61,854 nt of DNA from an uncultured Alphaproteobacteria bacterium (lineage in GTDB: Bacteria; Pseudomonadota; Alphaproteobacteria; GCA-002720895), in contig CACLKH010000004.1 in NCBI GenBank assembly GCA_902607475.1, forward strand, positions 1 through 61,854, given 5' to 3'. A program made the translations under genes and the position numbers. This document shows, piece by piece, positions 42,200-51,376 of this stretch (positions are counted from its first letter, which is position 1; the number at the start of each line of letters is the position of its first letter). Below the pieces are notes generated by a model. The model saw only the letters and a program-made list of their open reading frames with translations, did not search any database and had not been told where the DNA came from.

Positions 42200-43760
42200 T
42201 AAAATTAAAATAAAAAAAGCACTCATCTCAGTTTTTGATAAAAAAAATATATTAGATATAGCTAAATTTCTTGTAAGTCAAAATATAGAAATATATTCTT
42301 CTGGTGGGACCTACAAACATTTAAAAGAAAATAAGATAAAAGTAATTGAAATATCAAAATATACAAACTCGCCTGAAATTTTAGATGGGAGAGTTAAAAC
42401 GCTACATCCAAAAGTTCATGGGGGAATTCTTGCTAAAAGAAATTTTCCTAAACATTTAAAAGAATTAAAAAAAAATAAAATTAATTTAATAGATCTTGTA
42501 ATAGTTAATTTATATCCATTCAAAAAAACTGTTGCGTCAAAAAGTTCTTTTAAGAAATGTATAGAAAATATTGATATAGGTGGGCCAACTTTAATTAGAG
42601 CTTCAGCGAAAAATTTTGAGTTTGTAGCAACAGTAACTAATCCTGGTGATTATGAAAAAATTATTGATGAAATGAAAAAAAATAAAAACAACATTTCAAA
42701 AAAAACAAGATCAGGACTAGCTATGAAAGCTTTTAATGAGATTTCTTTATATGATATGGATATAAGTAATTGGTTTTCCAAAAAAGGAAATATAAAAAAT
42801 CAAAATTTTGTACTTCAATCAAAAATTGTAAAAAAATTAAGATACGGAGAAAACCCTAAACAAAAAGCTGCTATTTTTAAAAATACATCACTTTTAAATA
42901 ATAAAAATTCTTTTTTCAATATGAAAATTATTCAAGGAAAAGAACTTAGTTACAACAACATAAATGATATGCAAGCTGGGTGTCTATTAGCCGATGATAT
43001 TAATGCACCTTGTGTAGTTATTATAAAACATGCTAATCCTTGTGGAGTAAGTAAAAATAATAATTTATTGGAGGCATATAAAAAAGCGTTTATGTGTGAT
43101 CCTGTAAGTGCATTTGGAGGAATTATTATTATTAATGGCAATATTAATAAAAAACTAGCAGAAGAAATTTCTAAAACTTTTGTAGAAATAGTTGTTGGAA
43201 AAAAAATAAGTAAAGAAGCAAAAGATATATTTCAAAATAAAAAAAATTTGATACTGATTGAAACAAAATCATTTAAAATTTTCAAACCATCAAGAGAAAT
43301 TAAATCAATGTCTGATGCTTTTTTAATACAAACTCCAGATAATTTCTATTCTAAGAAAAATAATTTAAAATTTGTTACAAAGAAAAAGCTTAAATTAAAA
43401 GAAATAAATGATTTATTACTTGCTGAAAAAATTTGTAAATACGTAAAATCAAATGCAATTGTTTACGTTAAAAATAATAGTTCTATTGGTATAGGAGCAG
43501 GTCAAATGAATAGGCTTGATTCTGCAAAAATTGGTTCGGAAAAAGCTAAAAGATTTTTTAATAAAAGTATTTTAAAAGGTTCTTTCGTTGCATCTGATGC
43601 TTTTTTTCCATTTCCAGATAGTATAGACGTTTTTGGTAAATTTGGTGTAAAAGCAATTATTCAACCCGGAGGGTCAGTTAAGGATATTGAAGTTATTAAA
43701 AGGGCAAACAAATATAAAATTGCAATGGCATTTACCAATATGAGACATTTCAAACATTAA
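42168..43760 (+). CDS. purH: bifunctional AICAR transformylase / IMP cyclohydrolase
   Basis: 530 aa. KKALISVFDKK, GGTYKHL, RVKTLHPKVHGGIL, IQPGGSVKD. The start is uncertain: TTG at 42168 or TTG at 42192. Both overlap the preceding gene. Confidence 0.93.
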   Translation: MKIYKTKELSNKIKIKKALISVFDKKNILDIAKFLVSQNIEIYSSGGTYKHLKENKIKVIEISKYTNSPEILDGRVKTLHPKVHGGILAKRNFPKHLKELKKNKINLIDLVIVNLYPFKKTVASKSSFKKCIENIDIGGPTLIRASAKNFEFVATVTNPGDYEKIIDEMKKNKNNISKKTRSGLAMKAFNEISLYDMDISNWFSKKGNIKNQNFVLQSKIVKKLRYGENPKQKAAIFKNTSLLNNKNSFFNMKIIQGKELSYNNINDMQAGCLLADDINAPCVVIIKHANPCGVSKNNNLLEAYKKAFMCDPVSAFGGIIIINGNINKKLAEEISKTFVEIVVGKKISKEAKDIFQNKKNLILIETKSFKIFKPSREIKSMSDAFLIQTPDNFYSKKNNLKFVTKKKLKLKEINDLLLAEKICKYVKSNAIVYVKNNSSIGIGAGQMNRLDSAKIGSEKAKRFFNKSILKGSFVASDAFFPFPDSIDVFGKFGVKAIIQPGGSVKDIEVIKRANKYKIAMAFTNMRHFKH

Positions 43761-43816
43761 AGATACATTTTAAAAAGACTTAATTTCTTATTTTAATAAC
43801 TAGTTATAAATTTTTA

Positions 43817-44635
43817 TTAAATTCTCTTTTTTAGATATCCCAACACATCTGTGTTTTTATTTTTATTATTAAATTCTTTCATTTTATTAATGTTGTTTGT
43901 TACGGGGTTAGCTGCACTTGATTTTAAATATCCCAGTACTTCTGTGTTTTTGTTTTTATTATTAAATTCTTTCATTTTATTAATGTTGTTTGTTACGGGA
44001 TTAGCCGCACTTGATTTTAAATATCCCAGTACTTCTGTGTTTTTGTTTTTATTATTAAATTCTTTCATTTTATTAAAATTTTTTTCTAATGGGCTATGAA
44101 TACTAGATAAATTGTTAGCTAAGATGGTTTGATTGGAATTACTTTTATCAAAATTTCTATTATTTAATATATTATGTGCAAGAATTTCACTACCGTGATT
44201 TTTTAAAACTTCTATATTGTTTTTTTTAATACCTTCAACTTTTTTAGCATTTGCTAACATTGAAATTTGTCTAGTACCATGTTTTTGTTCTATTATTGGA
44301 ACTATCGTAGGTTCTGAATTTAAACCCAACATACTTATTTTATTTTTATTTCTATCTTCGTATATCTTAGGTTTAAATTCCTCACATATTTTTTCACGCT
44401 TAGCAACTCTGGTCATCTTGCAATCTTTTCCTAATACAAAAGAAACTGCATGATCTGTTGCTGTTTTATCAGTATAATATTCGGTAAGTAATTCTGTAGT
44501 AGTTTTAGCAAAACTTAACTCTTTAATAGTAGTTGAAGATGTTGTCATCGGTGTTATTAAAGAACAACTTACTATTATTATAATAGCAACTAATAAACAA
44601 ACGCCTTTATACCATTTTATTACTATATCTCCCAT
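43817..44635 (-). CDS. repeat-containing lipoprotein, function unknown
   Basis: 272 aa. Lipobox-like ...IVSCS. The C-terminus carries about 2.6 copies of a 31-aa unit (KMKEFNNKNKNTEVLGYLKSSAANPVTNNIN). Confidence 0.6.
   Translation of the reverse strand: MGDIVIKWYKGVCLLVAIIIIVSCSLITPMTTSSTTIKELSFAKTTTELLTEYYTDKTATDHAVSFVLGKDCKMTRVAKREKICEEFKPKIYEDRNKNKISMLGLNSEPTIVPIIEQKHGTRQISMLANAKKVEGIKKNNIEVLKNHGSEILAHNILNNRNFDKSNSNQTILANNLSSIHSPLEKNFNKMKEFNNKNKNTEVLGYLKSSAANPVTNNINKMKEFNNKNKNTEVLGYLKSSAANPVTNNINKMKEFNNKNKNTDVLGYLKKRI
43835..44080 (-). repeat. 93-bp in-frame tandem repeat, about 2.6 copies
   Basis: Unit starts at 43835, 43928 and 44021 (period exactly 93). Copies differ by a few substitutions only. 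Confidence 0.95.
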
Positions 44636-44736
44636 TTGACCCCTATAAGTATCTATTGTACTACAAACTTAATAATTTAAGAAATAATAAGTTTCTTTTT
44701 AGTGACTTATCCACAGTTATTTTTGTAAAATATATT

Positions 44737-45702
44737 CTAATTTTTTGTTAAGTTTGGCCCAATAAAATTCCCAAATCCTCTTGGCCCCTCACCGACCTCA
44801 ATCCTTTTCTTTATATTTAAATTCATACTATTTAAAACAACTACTTCGCTATCGAACCAATTAACAATTAGAACTTCTTTAGTTTTTATATAAAAATTTA
44901 TACCCTCAGGGTATTCTCCAATTTTCAAAGTTTTTATATTTTTTTTATTTAAAGTGTCAATAATAGAAATAGTATTTTCATGTTGATTGGTGACAAAAGC
45001 TTTACTTCCATCTTGAAGAAATGTAATAGCATATGGAGACTTTCCAACTTTAATTGTTGTAATTTTTTTATAATTTTTTGTATCAAAAACACTAACATCG
45101 CTACTTTTAACATTTGCAACATATAAAAAATTATTGTCTGGACTTAATGCCACTGCAAAAGGTCTTTTTCCTGCTTTTAAAACTTTTTCTACTTGAAAAT
45201 TTTTAATGTTTACTACAGAAACAGTATGATCATCCCTATTAGCCACATAAAATTTAGAATTTTTTAAATCTGTATCAATGCCTGCGGGGGATTTTCCAAC
45301 TGATATTTCTTTAATTAATTTTAATGTACTTGAATCTATTACTCTTACTTTGTGATCATACCAATCTGCTACAAGTAAAAATTTATCATCTTTAGTTAAT
45401 GCAATACCTAGTGGTCCTTTTCCTAAAGAAATATTTTTAATATTTTCTAGTTTATATCCATCTATAACTGATATTTCTTTACTTTCAGGATTACTAACAA
45501 ATATTCTCTTTCCATGTTTTGTAACAGCAACCCCTGCTGGCCTTGAACCAACTGATATTTCTTTTATTACTTTATAGGTTTCAAGATCAATAACACTAAC
45601 ACTATTTGATAATTGATTTGTAATGAAAGCAAGATCATTAGAAAAAGAAACTTTTAAAAAAATAAAGAAGAATATCCACAGATTAATAAGAAAATTCTTC
45701 AT
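44737..45702 (-). CDS. exported YVTN-family beta-propeller repeat protein
   Basis: 321 aa with a signal peptide. About 7 repeats of the pattern ..V.V.D..T.K.I..I.VG..P.G.A...D.. . Confidence 0.75.
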   Translation of the reverse strand: MKNFLINLWIFFFIFLKVSFSNDLAFITNQLSNSVSVIDLETYKVIKEISVGSRPAGVAVTKHGKRIFVSNPESKEISVIDGYKLENIKNISLGKGPLGIALTKDDKFLLVADWYDHKVRVIDSSTLKLIKEISVGKSPAGIDTDLKNSKFYVANRDDHTVSVVNIKNFQVEKVLKAGKRPFAVALSPDNNFLYVANVKSSDVSVFDTKNYKKITTIKVGKSPYAITFLQDGSKAFVTNQHENTISIIDTLNKKNIKTLKIGEYPEGINFYIKTKEVLIVNWFDSEVVVLNSMNLNIKKRIEVGEGPRGFGNFIGPNLTKN

Positions 45703-45714
45703 TTAGTTTATAAA

Positions 45715-46245
45715 TTAATTCTCTAATTTTTTTTTTAAATTATTTAAACCTGACTGAAAAAATTCTTTGACAGCTTTTATTGCGGCAGCTTCATTTAATT
45801 CTGGGGGTGGATCATTATTTACGTATGCTCTATAAAAAGCTGCTTTCCAAAGAACTGTTGAAGTTCCATCTTCATTTCCTTTTACTGAAATGTTCGCTGT
45901 ATAAGTATTAACTGGAAAAAATTTTATATCTACTTCTGTAATTGATGTTTTATACATCATTTTTTCATCACTGTAATTTTCGAGTTTTTGCTTAATTGCG
46001 GTATTTTTTCTTGGAGAATAATAAATTGTTCTTGTTTTACCATCACTTTCTACTTTAGAAATTGAAGGATGCCAGATATCAATTTTTCCAAAATCTTTGA
46101 TTAAATTCCAAACATCTTCTGGTTTAGCATTTATAGTAATTGATTCTTTAAGTTTTTGTCTTGTTGGTCCATGAGAAAAAACATCTGTAATCGTAAGATT
46201 AAAAAAACTTACAATCAAAAATATTATGCCTGGTAAATATTTCAT
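45715..46245 (-). CDS. exported SRPBCC (START/Bet v1-like, polyketide cyclase/dehydrase) family protein
   Basis: 176 aa. Signal peptide, then a PEDVWNLIKDFGKIDIWHP motif typical of SRPBCC ligand-binding proteins. Confidence 0.6.
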   Translation of the reverse strand: MKYLPGIIFLIVSFFNLTITDVFSHGPTRQKLKESITINAKPEDVWNLIKDFGKIDIWHPSISKVESDGKTRTIYYSPRKNTAIKQKLENYSDEKMMYKTSITEVDIKFFPVNTYTANISVKGNEDGTSTVLWKAAFYRAYVNNDPPPELNEAAAIKAVKEFFQSGLNNLKKKLEN

Positions 46246-46287
46246 AAAAATAATATTAAATTTTTTTTTTTTAATTTCTATTAAAAT

Positions 46288-47880
46288 TTAAATAACTTCA
46301 GGTTTAACATCAAAAGCAATACAAATTCTTTCTTCTTTTGAACTAAAAGGAATTGTGCGATGGAAAACAGATGACGGAAAAAAAACCACATCTCCAACTT
46401 CAACAGGGTAGGTTTTTGTTGGAAAATTATCATGTTTTTTTGGATAATTATCTCCATGCAAACTTAATTCTATTGCACCTTCATTTGGATCTTTTTTTTC
46501 TTTTGGCATTGAAAGGTAGACTGAACCACTAACCCAGCCCTCCTCATGAATATGAGAATCTAAATGTCCACCTGACTGCATTTTCACGTACCAAGAACTA
46601 TTAAAATCTACAATTTTTGGAAATTGTTTTACAAAAATAGAATTACTATCTTTGTCTTTATTTTTTTTGTAATACTCTTCAATAGTATTTGCGATTAATT
46701 TAGACAGAGTTCTAAAAGATCCCTCAGATCTTTTAAATAAATTTCCTGAGGATTGAGTTCCGTAATGAAGTCTACTTTGAGTACGCTTTGCTATTTCTTC
46801 TTTTTCTATATCTTTCAATAATTCTTTTAAAAGACTGCTATTTGGTTCTTTTAATTCTTTTATAGACATATGAGCTGCAAGATCTAAAGGTTTATTGCAA
46901 AAATTATATTCATCTTTTGTTTTAAAATTAATTGCATGATGAGTTGATAATGTTGCTAAAAAAGGTGAATTATTTTTTTTATTTTTAATAATTAAATCTA
47001 ATTCTTCTTTAAATTTTTCATGCTGCTCAGTTTTATATAAACAATATAAAGATCTTTCTTGCCAATCATAAATTTTTGAACTTTGAAAATGATTGAATGC
47101 CTTATCAAGTTCATTATTATCACTTAAAAAAACTGCTAAATTATAATTAGCTTTTGGATTGCTTGGATCAATTTCAATAGCTTTATTTAGTTTTTCAAGC
47201 CCTTCTTCTGTTTTTCCTTTATGCCAGAGTGCATCTCCTAAACTAGTTAATGCTTCAGGGTTTTGTTCATTAAATGACAGAGATTTTTCATACTGTTCTA
47301 TGGATTCATCTAGCGCTCCTTTATTTCTGAGACCAGCCGCAAGATTGTAATGATTTCTTGCATCAGGTTGAATGGCAAGGGCTTTTTTATAGTATTCAAT
47401 TGCCTCATCTAATTCTCCTTGTGCCTGTAAAGCAGTACCCATAGCTCCTATTGCTTCATGAAAATCAGGTTTTAGTTCAATTGCTTTTTGATAACTTTCA
47501 ACAGCTTCTTTGTAACTTTGTAAATTCTGATAAACTAAACCTAAATTAAAATGTGCATTTAAAAAATCAGATTTTATAGTTATTGCTTTTTCATAACTTA
47601 CTCTTGCTTCGTTACTCCTGCCTAATCTATGTAAAATTGATCCCATATTAAAATGTGTTTCAGGAGAATTTTCATTAATTTGTAAAGCCTTTTGATATAT
47701 TTTTATTGCTTCTTCAGTTTGACCTTTTCCATCTAAAACAACTCCTAAAATATTTAAGCAAGTTAAATCATTAGGGAATTCTTTTAATAAATTTTGAGCT
47801 ATATTTTGTGCTTCATCTAATTTTCCTGATTGGTATAGATTTACTAGTTCTTTTAATTGTTCTTGTGTTGGTTTGGTCAT
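46288..47880 (-). CDS. TPR-repeat protein with C-terminal 2OG-Fe(II) oxygenase-like domain
   Basis: 530 aa. About 7 TPR units (A...Y.KAL.I.P) followed by HLDSHIHEEGWVSGSVYL ... FFPSSVFHRT, a His-x-(Asp/His)...His facial-triad-like pattern. Confidence 0.7.
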   Translation of the reverse strand: MTKPTQEQLKELVNLYQSGKLDEAQNIAQNLLKEFPNDLTCLNILGVVLDGKGQTEEAIKIYQKALQINENSPETHFNMGSILHRLGRSNEARVSYEKAITIKSDFLNAHFNLGLVYQNLQSYKEAVESYQKAIELKPDFHEAIGAMGTALQAQGELDEAIEYYKKALAIQPDARNHYNLAAGLRNKGALDESIEQYEKSLSFNEQNPEALTSLGDALWHKGKTEEGLEKLNKAIEIDPSNPKANYNLAVFLSDNNELDKAFNHFQSSKIYDWQERSLYCLYKTEQHEKFKEELDLIIKNKKNNSPFLATLSTHHAINFKTKDEYNFCNKPLDLAAHMSIKELKEPNSSLLKELLKDIEKEEIAKRTQSRLHYGTQSSGNLFKRSEGSFRTLSKLIANTIEEYYKKNKDKDSNSIFVKQFPKIVDFNSSWYVKMQSGGHLDSHIHEEGWVSGSVYLSMPKEKKDPNEGAIELSLHGDNYPKKHDNFPTKTYPVEVGDVVFFPSSVFHRTIPFSSKEERICIAFDVKPEVI

Positions 47881-47948
47881 AAAAAGTATTATACTAATTT
47901 AACAAAGATATTTAATAAATTTTTGATTTAAAAATAAAAGAACAGTCT

Positions 47949-49097
47949 TTAATTTTCTAAAAAAATCAAGTAAGTATAAGCAACAATTACAGCAGGAATA
48001 GCGCTGTAAATTGTAGCTAAAATTGCATCTTTAGGACAAATTGCTATTGCTGGAAACAAGGCATCCCCATCATTTGATATTGCATTGCCTATTTCTGCAG
48101 AAAATGGGATATACCCATTTAAATATAATGTTGCGGTTAAAATTTGTGGACCACATCCTGGAATAAAACCAACAAAAATTGCTATTAAAGGTGTAAGTGG
48201 TAAAATAACATCAAATAATTTTTCAAAATTTAATCCTGTAAAGTAAATACCTAAATCAAAAAATAAAAATCCAACCACTACCCAAAAGGTTACAAAATTA
48301 GTTAAATCCACACTTTTAAAATTAATTTCTCTTGATCTATCTAGCGAAATAGCTCTATCTGAAAATGGATTAATAGTCCAAAGAAAAATTGAAAAAAAAG
48401 CAGCACTAAACCCAATTATATAATTTATATCAAAATTTAAAACTTTAGGCAGAGTTATTTGTAAATGATTAATAATGCCTAAAAAAAATCCTGGAATAAA
48501 AATTATTAACCAAATCTTATATAAAAATAAATGAAATTTATTATTAATCTCTTGTAAATTTAAATCTATTTTTGGATTATTATTTTTAACTTTTTTTTTC
48601 ATAAAAAAATCTATCAAAAAACCTGTTAAAGAACCTGAGACCATACAAATTAAAAAAATAAGAAGAGCACTTGCAGGTTCTTTTGCTAAAATTAAAAAAG
48701 CAGCATCACCCATAGTAGAAGTTAAAACCGCAACTAAACAACCAAAAGTAATATTTCCTTGTAAATATTGTGTAACAACTATAATCGCTCCTCCACAACC
48801 AGGAATTGCTCCTAATAAAGATGCAATAGGTATTTGAAGCTTTAGATTTTTTTTAAAAAAATTACTAAGAGAATATTTCTTTGATTTTTCTAATCTTAAA
48901 AAAATAAATAAAGTTATTGCAACATAAACCGAAACAGATAAATATGCATTTGCCATAGCTAAGCGTGATATAGAACCCACTTCGGTAGGATTAAACACAA
49001 GAGTAAGAAGAAAAAGGAATATAAAAGTTTTTTTTAAATTTAAATCTTGAAGAAATCTGAAATAATTATTTTTTATTGATAAAATTAATTCTGTCAT
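47949..49097 (-). CDS. mntX: polytopic membrane protein, candidate MntX-type manganese transporter
   Basis: 382 aa, about 10 TM, with duplicated GAIPGCGG / GFIPGCGPQ motifs. Divergent from a MntR/DtxR-family regulator. The MntX family was described in marine bacteria including SAR11. The assignment rests on context plus recollection of that family. Confidence 0.5.
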   Translation of the reverse strand: MTELILSIKNNYFRFLQDLNLKKTFIFLFLLTLVFNPTEVGSISRLAMANAYLSVSVYVAITLFIFLRLEKSKKYSLSNFFKKNLKLQIPIASLLGAIPGCGGAIIVVTQYLQGNITFGCLVAVLTSTMGDAAFLILAKEPASALLIFLICMVSGSLTGFLIDFFMKKKVKNNNPKIDLNLQEINNKFHLFLYKIWLIIFIPGFFLGIINHLQITLPKVLNFDINYIIGFSAAFFSIFLWTINPFSDRAISLDRSREINFKSVDLTNFVTFWVVVGFLFFDLGIYFTGLNFEKLFDVILPLTPLIAIFVGFIPGCGPQILTATLYLNGYIPFSAEIGNAISNDGDALFPAIAICPKDAILATIYSAIPAVIVAYTYLIFLEN

Positions 49098-49122
49098 AAT
49101 TTTTAATTAGTAACTACTTAAT

Positions 49123-49142
49123 AAGTTAGCCTATACTAACTT
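49123..49142. promoter_or_regulatory. candidate MntR operator (inverted repeat) in the divergent promoter region
   Basis: AAGTTAG-cctata-CTAACTT, perfect 7-bp arms, between the transporter (-) and the regulator (+). The half-site TAGC resembles E. coli MntR boxes. Confidence 0.35.
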
Positions 49143-49192
49143 TTTTTCAAGTTTTAATGGAAAAAGAAAAATGTTAAATTTATAAAAAAAAT

Positions 49193-49621
49193 ATGTTTAA
49201 AAAAAATCCAAAAAAAGATGCAAAATCTTACATATACACTAGAAAAGCACATAAAAATGAGTTAGCAGAAGATTATGTGGAATTAATAGAAGATTTAATT
49301 ATTAAGGAAGGTGAGGCAAGAATAGTTGATATTGCAGATCACCTAGGTATATCTAAAGCAACAGCAAATCAAACAATTAATAGATTAGTAAAAAAAGGTT
49401 TTTTAACATCAAAACCTTATAGAACAATCCGTCTTACTAAAAAAGGAGAAAATACTGCAACATATGTACGTCAAAGACATAAAATTGTTTATGATTTCTT
49501 AATTGCATTAGGATTAGATAAGGAAACAGCAGAACTCGATAGTGAGGGAATAGAACATCATGTTGGAAATAAAACTTTAAACAAATTAAAAAATTTAACT
49601 AATAAATTAAAAAAAAAATGA
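49193..49621 (+). CDS. mntR: DtxR/MntR-family metal-dependent transcriptional regulator
   Basis: 142 aa. ELAEDYVELIEDLI..EGEARIVDIADHLGISKATANQTINRLVKKGF is the MntR-type wHTH. Confidence 0.82.
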   Translation: MFKKNPKKDAKSYIYTRKAHKNELAEDYVELIEDLIIKEGEARIVDIADHLGISKATANQTINRLVKKGFLTSKPYRTIRLTKKGENTATYVRQRHKIVYDFLIALGLDKETAELDSEGIEHHVGNKTLNKLKNLTNKLKKK

Positions 49622-50007
49622 AAAAAATTTTTCTTATTTTTATTTTATTTTTTACTACCCAACATGCAAAATCAGAAATTATTTATTTGCAGTGTTATTA
49701 TAATATAAGCCTAGAAGAGGTTTATTATAATTTTGTTTTAGATACGTCAAAAAAAAAAGTAGAGATATTAAATAAAAAAAAATTTAAAAATAATTCTAAT
49801 TTAAAACTAAAAAAAAATACATATTACTGGAAATTTTACGATACATCTACATCCACAGAATTTCTTTTTAAAATTGATAAATTTTTTCAAAAAACTTCTG
49901 TTGAGTATAAAAAAAAATTTTATGACGATAATGAATTAGGATCTTTTCTCAATGATCTATGGAAATATTATGCTAAAAAATATATAGGGAAATGTAATTT
50001 ATTGTAG
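49618..50007 (+). CDS. hypothetical exported protein
   Basis: 129 aa with a signal peptide. Its start overlaps the mntR stop (ATGA), so it is probably co-transcribed. Confidence 0.5.
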   Translation: MKKIFLIFILFFTTQHAKSEIIYLQCYYNISLEEVYYNFVLDTSKKKVEILNKKKFKNNSNLKLKKNTYYWKFYDTSTSTEFLFKIDKFFQKTSVEYKKKFYDDNELGSFLNDLWKYYAKKYIGKCNLL

Positions 50008-50022
50008 AAAAAAAAATACTTG

Positions 50023-50748
50023 ATGAATACAAATATACTTATCTTACAACACATATCCGTAGAAGATCCGGGTTTTATAAAAGATTTGATGATTAAAGAC
50101 AATTTTAATCTTAAAACTATAAAGCTTTATAAAAAAGAAAAAATTCCAAAAGATTTAAAAAAATACGATGCCATGTTTTCAATGGGAGGGCCTATGGATA
50201 CATGGATGGAAAATAAATATCCATGGTTAAAAAATGAAAAAAAAGCAATACACGAATACGTTGTAAAACTGAAAAAACCATTCCTAGGTTTTTGTCTCGG
50301 CTGTCAATTACTTGGTGAAGTTTTAGGAGGAAAAGTAGAGAGAATGGAAAAATCTGAAATCGGGATTTTAGATCTTTATATGCAAAACGGGTATACCAAA
50401 GATACTTTGTTTCAAAATTTTGATACATCTATTAAAGTTTTACAATGGCATTCTTATCAAGTAAATAACTTAAGTAGTAATGTAGAAATTTTAGCTTCAT
50501 CTGACCTTTGTAAATATCAAGCTTTTCGTTATAAACAACATGCCTATGGCATACAATTTCATTTAGAAACTAAAAATAATACTATTAAAAATTGGGCGTC
50601 CATACCTGAATATAAAAAATCATTAGAAAATAGTCTGGGCATGGGGTCAATAAAAAAACTAGAAAGTGATACTCAAACTCATTTAAACATAATGAATAAA
50701 AATGTTACTTCTATGTACCAAGGATTTAAATCAATAATAAAGAAATGA
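50023..50748 (+). CDS. class I glutamine amidotransferase (GATase1) domain protein
   Basis: ATG at 50023 preferred over TTG at 50020. Nucleophile elbow GFCLGCQLL and the His/Glu pair in QFHLE. Confidence 0.85.
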   Translation: MNTNILILQHISVEDPGFIKDLMIKDNFNLKTIKLYKKEKIPKDLKKYDAMFSMGGPMDTWMENKYPWLKNEKKAIHEYVVKLKKPFLGFCLGCQLLGEVLGGKVERMEKSEIGILDLYMQNGYTKDTLFQNFDTSIKVLQWHSYQVNNLSSNVEILASSDLCKYQAFRYKQHAYGIQFHLETKNNTIKNWASIPEYKKSLENSLGMGSIKKLESDTQTHLNIMNKNVTSMYQGFKSIIKK

Positions 50749-50850
50749 AAAAACTCTTACTCATACTTCTTTTCCTTTTTAAAAAAGTTTTATGTTTATA
50801 AAAAAAATTTTCTTCTTCCATTTTTTATAATTGTATAATGAAATAGTAAT

Positions 50851-51009
50851 ATGGAAATACAGTGTTATAAATGCGGAAAAGATATGGAATGTAATCCGGA
50901 AGGCAAATGTTGGTGTAAGAATCTAAAATTTAAGATTGCTCGAGAAAATATAGAAAAAAATAAAAATTGTTTATGCGAAGATTGCTTAATAAATAATCTC
51001 ACTTCTTGA
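50851..51009 (+). CDS. cysteine-rich CWC-family small protein
   Basis: Not in ORF track (52 aa). MEIQCYKCGKDMECNPEGKCWCKNLKFKIARENIEKNKNCLCEDCLINNLTS has CxxC...CWC...CxCxxC spacing. Confidence 0.6.
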   Translation: MEIQCYKCGKDMECNPEGKCWCKNLKFKIARENIEKNKNCLCEDCLINNLTS

Positions 51010-51065
51010 ATAATTAATAATATTTTTACTTCCAAAATCATGGTTCATAGTGCTATAATTTTGAT

Positions 51066-51359
51066 ATGAAAAAATTTTTTTTAATATTAATAATAAGTTT
51101 TAGTATAACTGCCTGCGAACAGTTATCTAAATCCGACAATGAACTTGTTAAATTTTCTGCTAAGAATTTAGAAGAAAGCTCTCAGGCAGAAGAAAGTTTT
51201 AAAAAATATGGCCAGGTATATTATAATATTCACCTTGGCAGATTGTGTTCTCCTGATGGTAAAGCGGTAAGTCTTATTTGGTTAAACCAAGTTGATCCTA
51301 GTGGTGAAAAAATCACCAAGGATCAGTTAAATGTTTCAAAAGAAAATTGTAAAAAATAA
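51066..51359 (+). CDS. hypothetical lipoprotein
   Basis: 97 aa. Lipobox ...SITAC. Confidence 0.5.
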   Translation: MKKFFLILIISFSITACEQLSKSDNELVKFSAKNLEESSQAEESFKKYGQVYYNIHLGRLCSPDGKAVSLIWLNQVDPSGEKITKDQLNVSKENCKK

Positions 51360-51376
51360 TAGGCGCAGGAGTTGGA

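Noticed and set aside
43835-44080. Regularly spaced repeats as a possible CRISPR array
   Set aside because: The 93-bp units are directly abutting with no spacers, are in frame, and encode a repeated peptide inside a 272-aa lipoprotein ORF.
44707-44715. Perfect DnaA box TTATCCACA as a hint of a replication origin
   Set aside because: It is a single isolated 9-mer, and about one is expected by chance in 62 kb on both strands. There is no cluster of boxes, no AT-rich 13-mers in the usual arrangement, and no dnaA/dnaN/gidA context.
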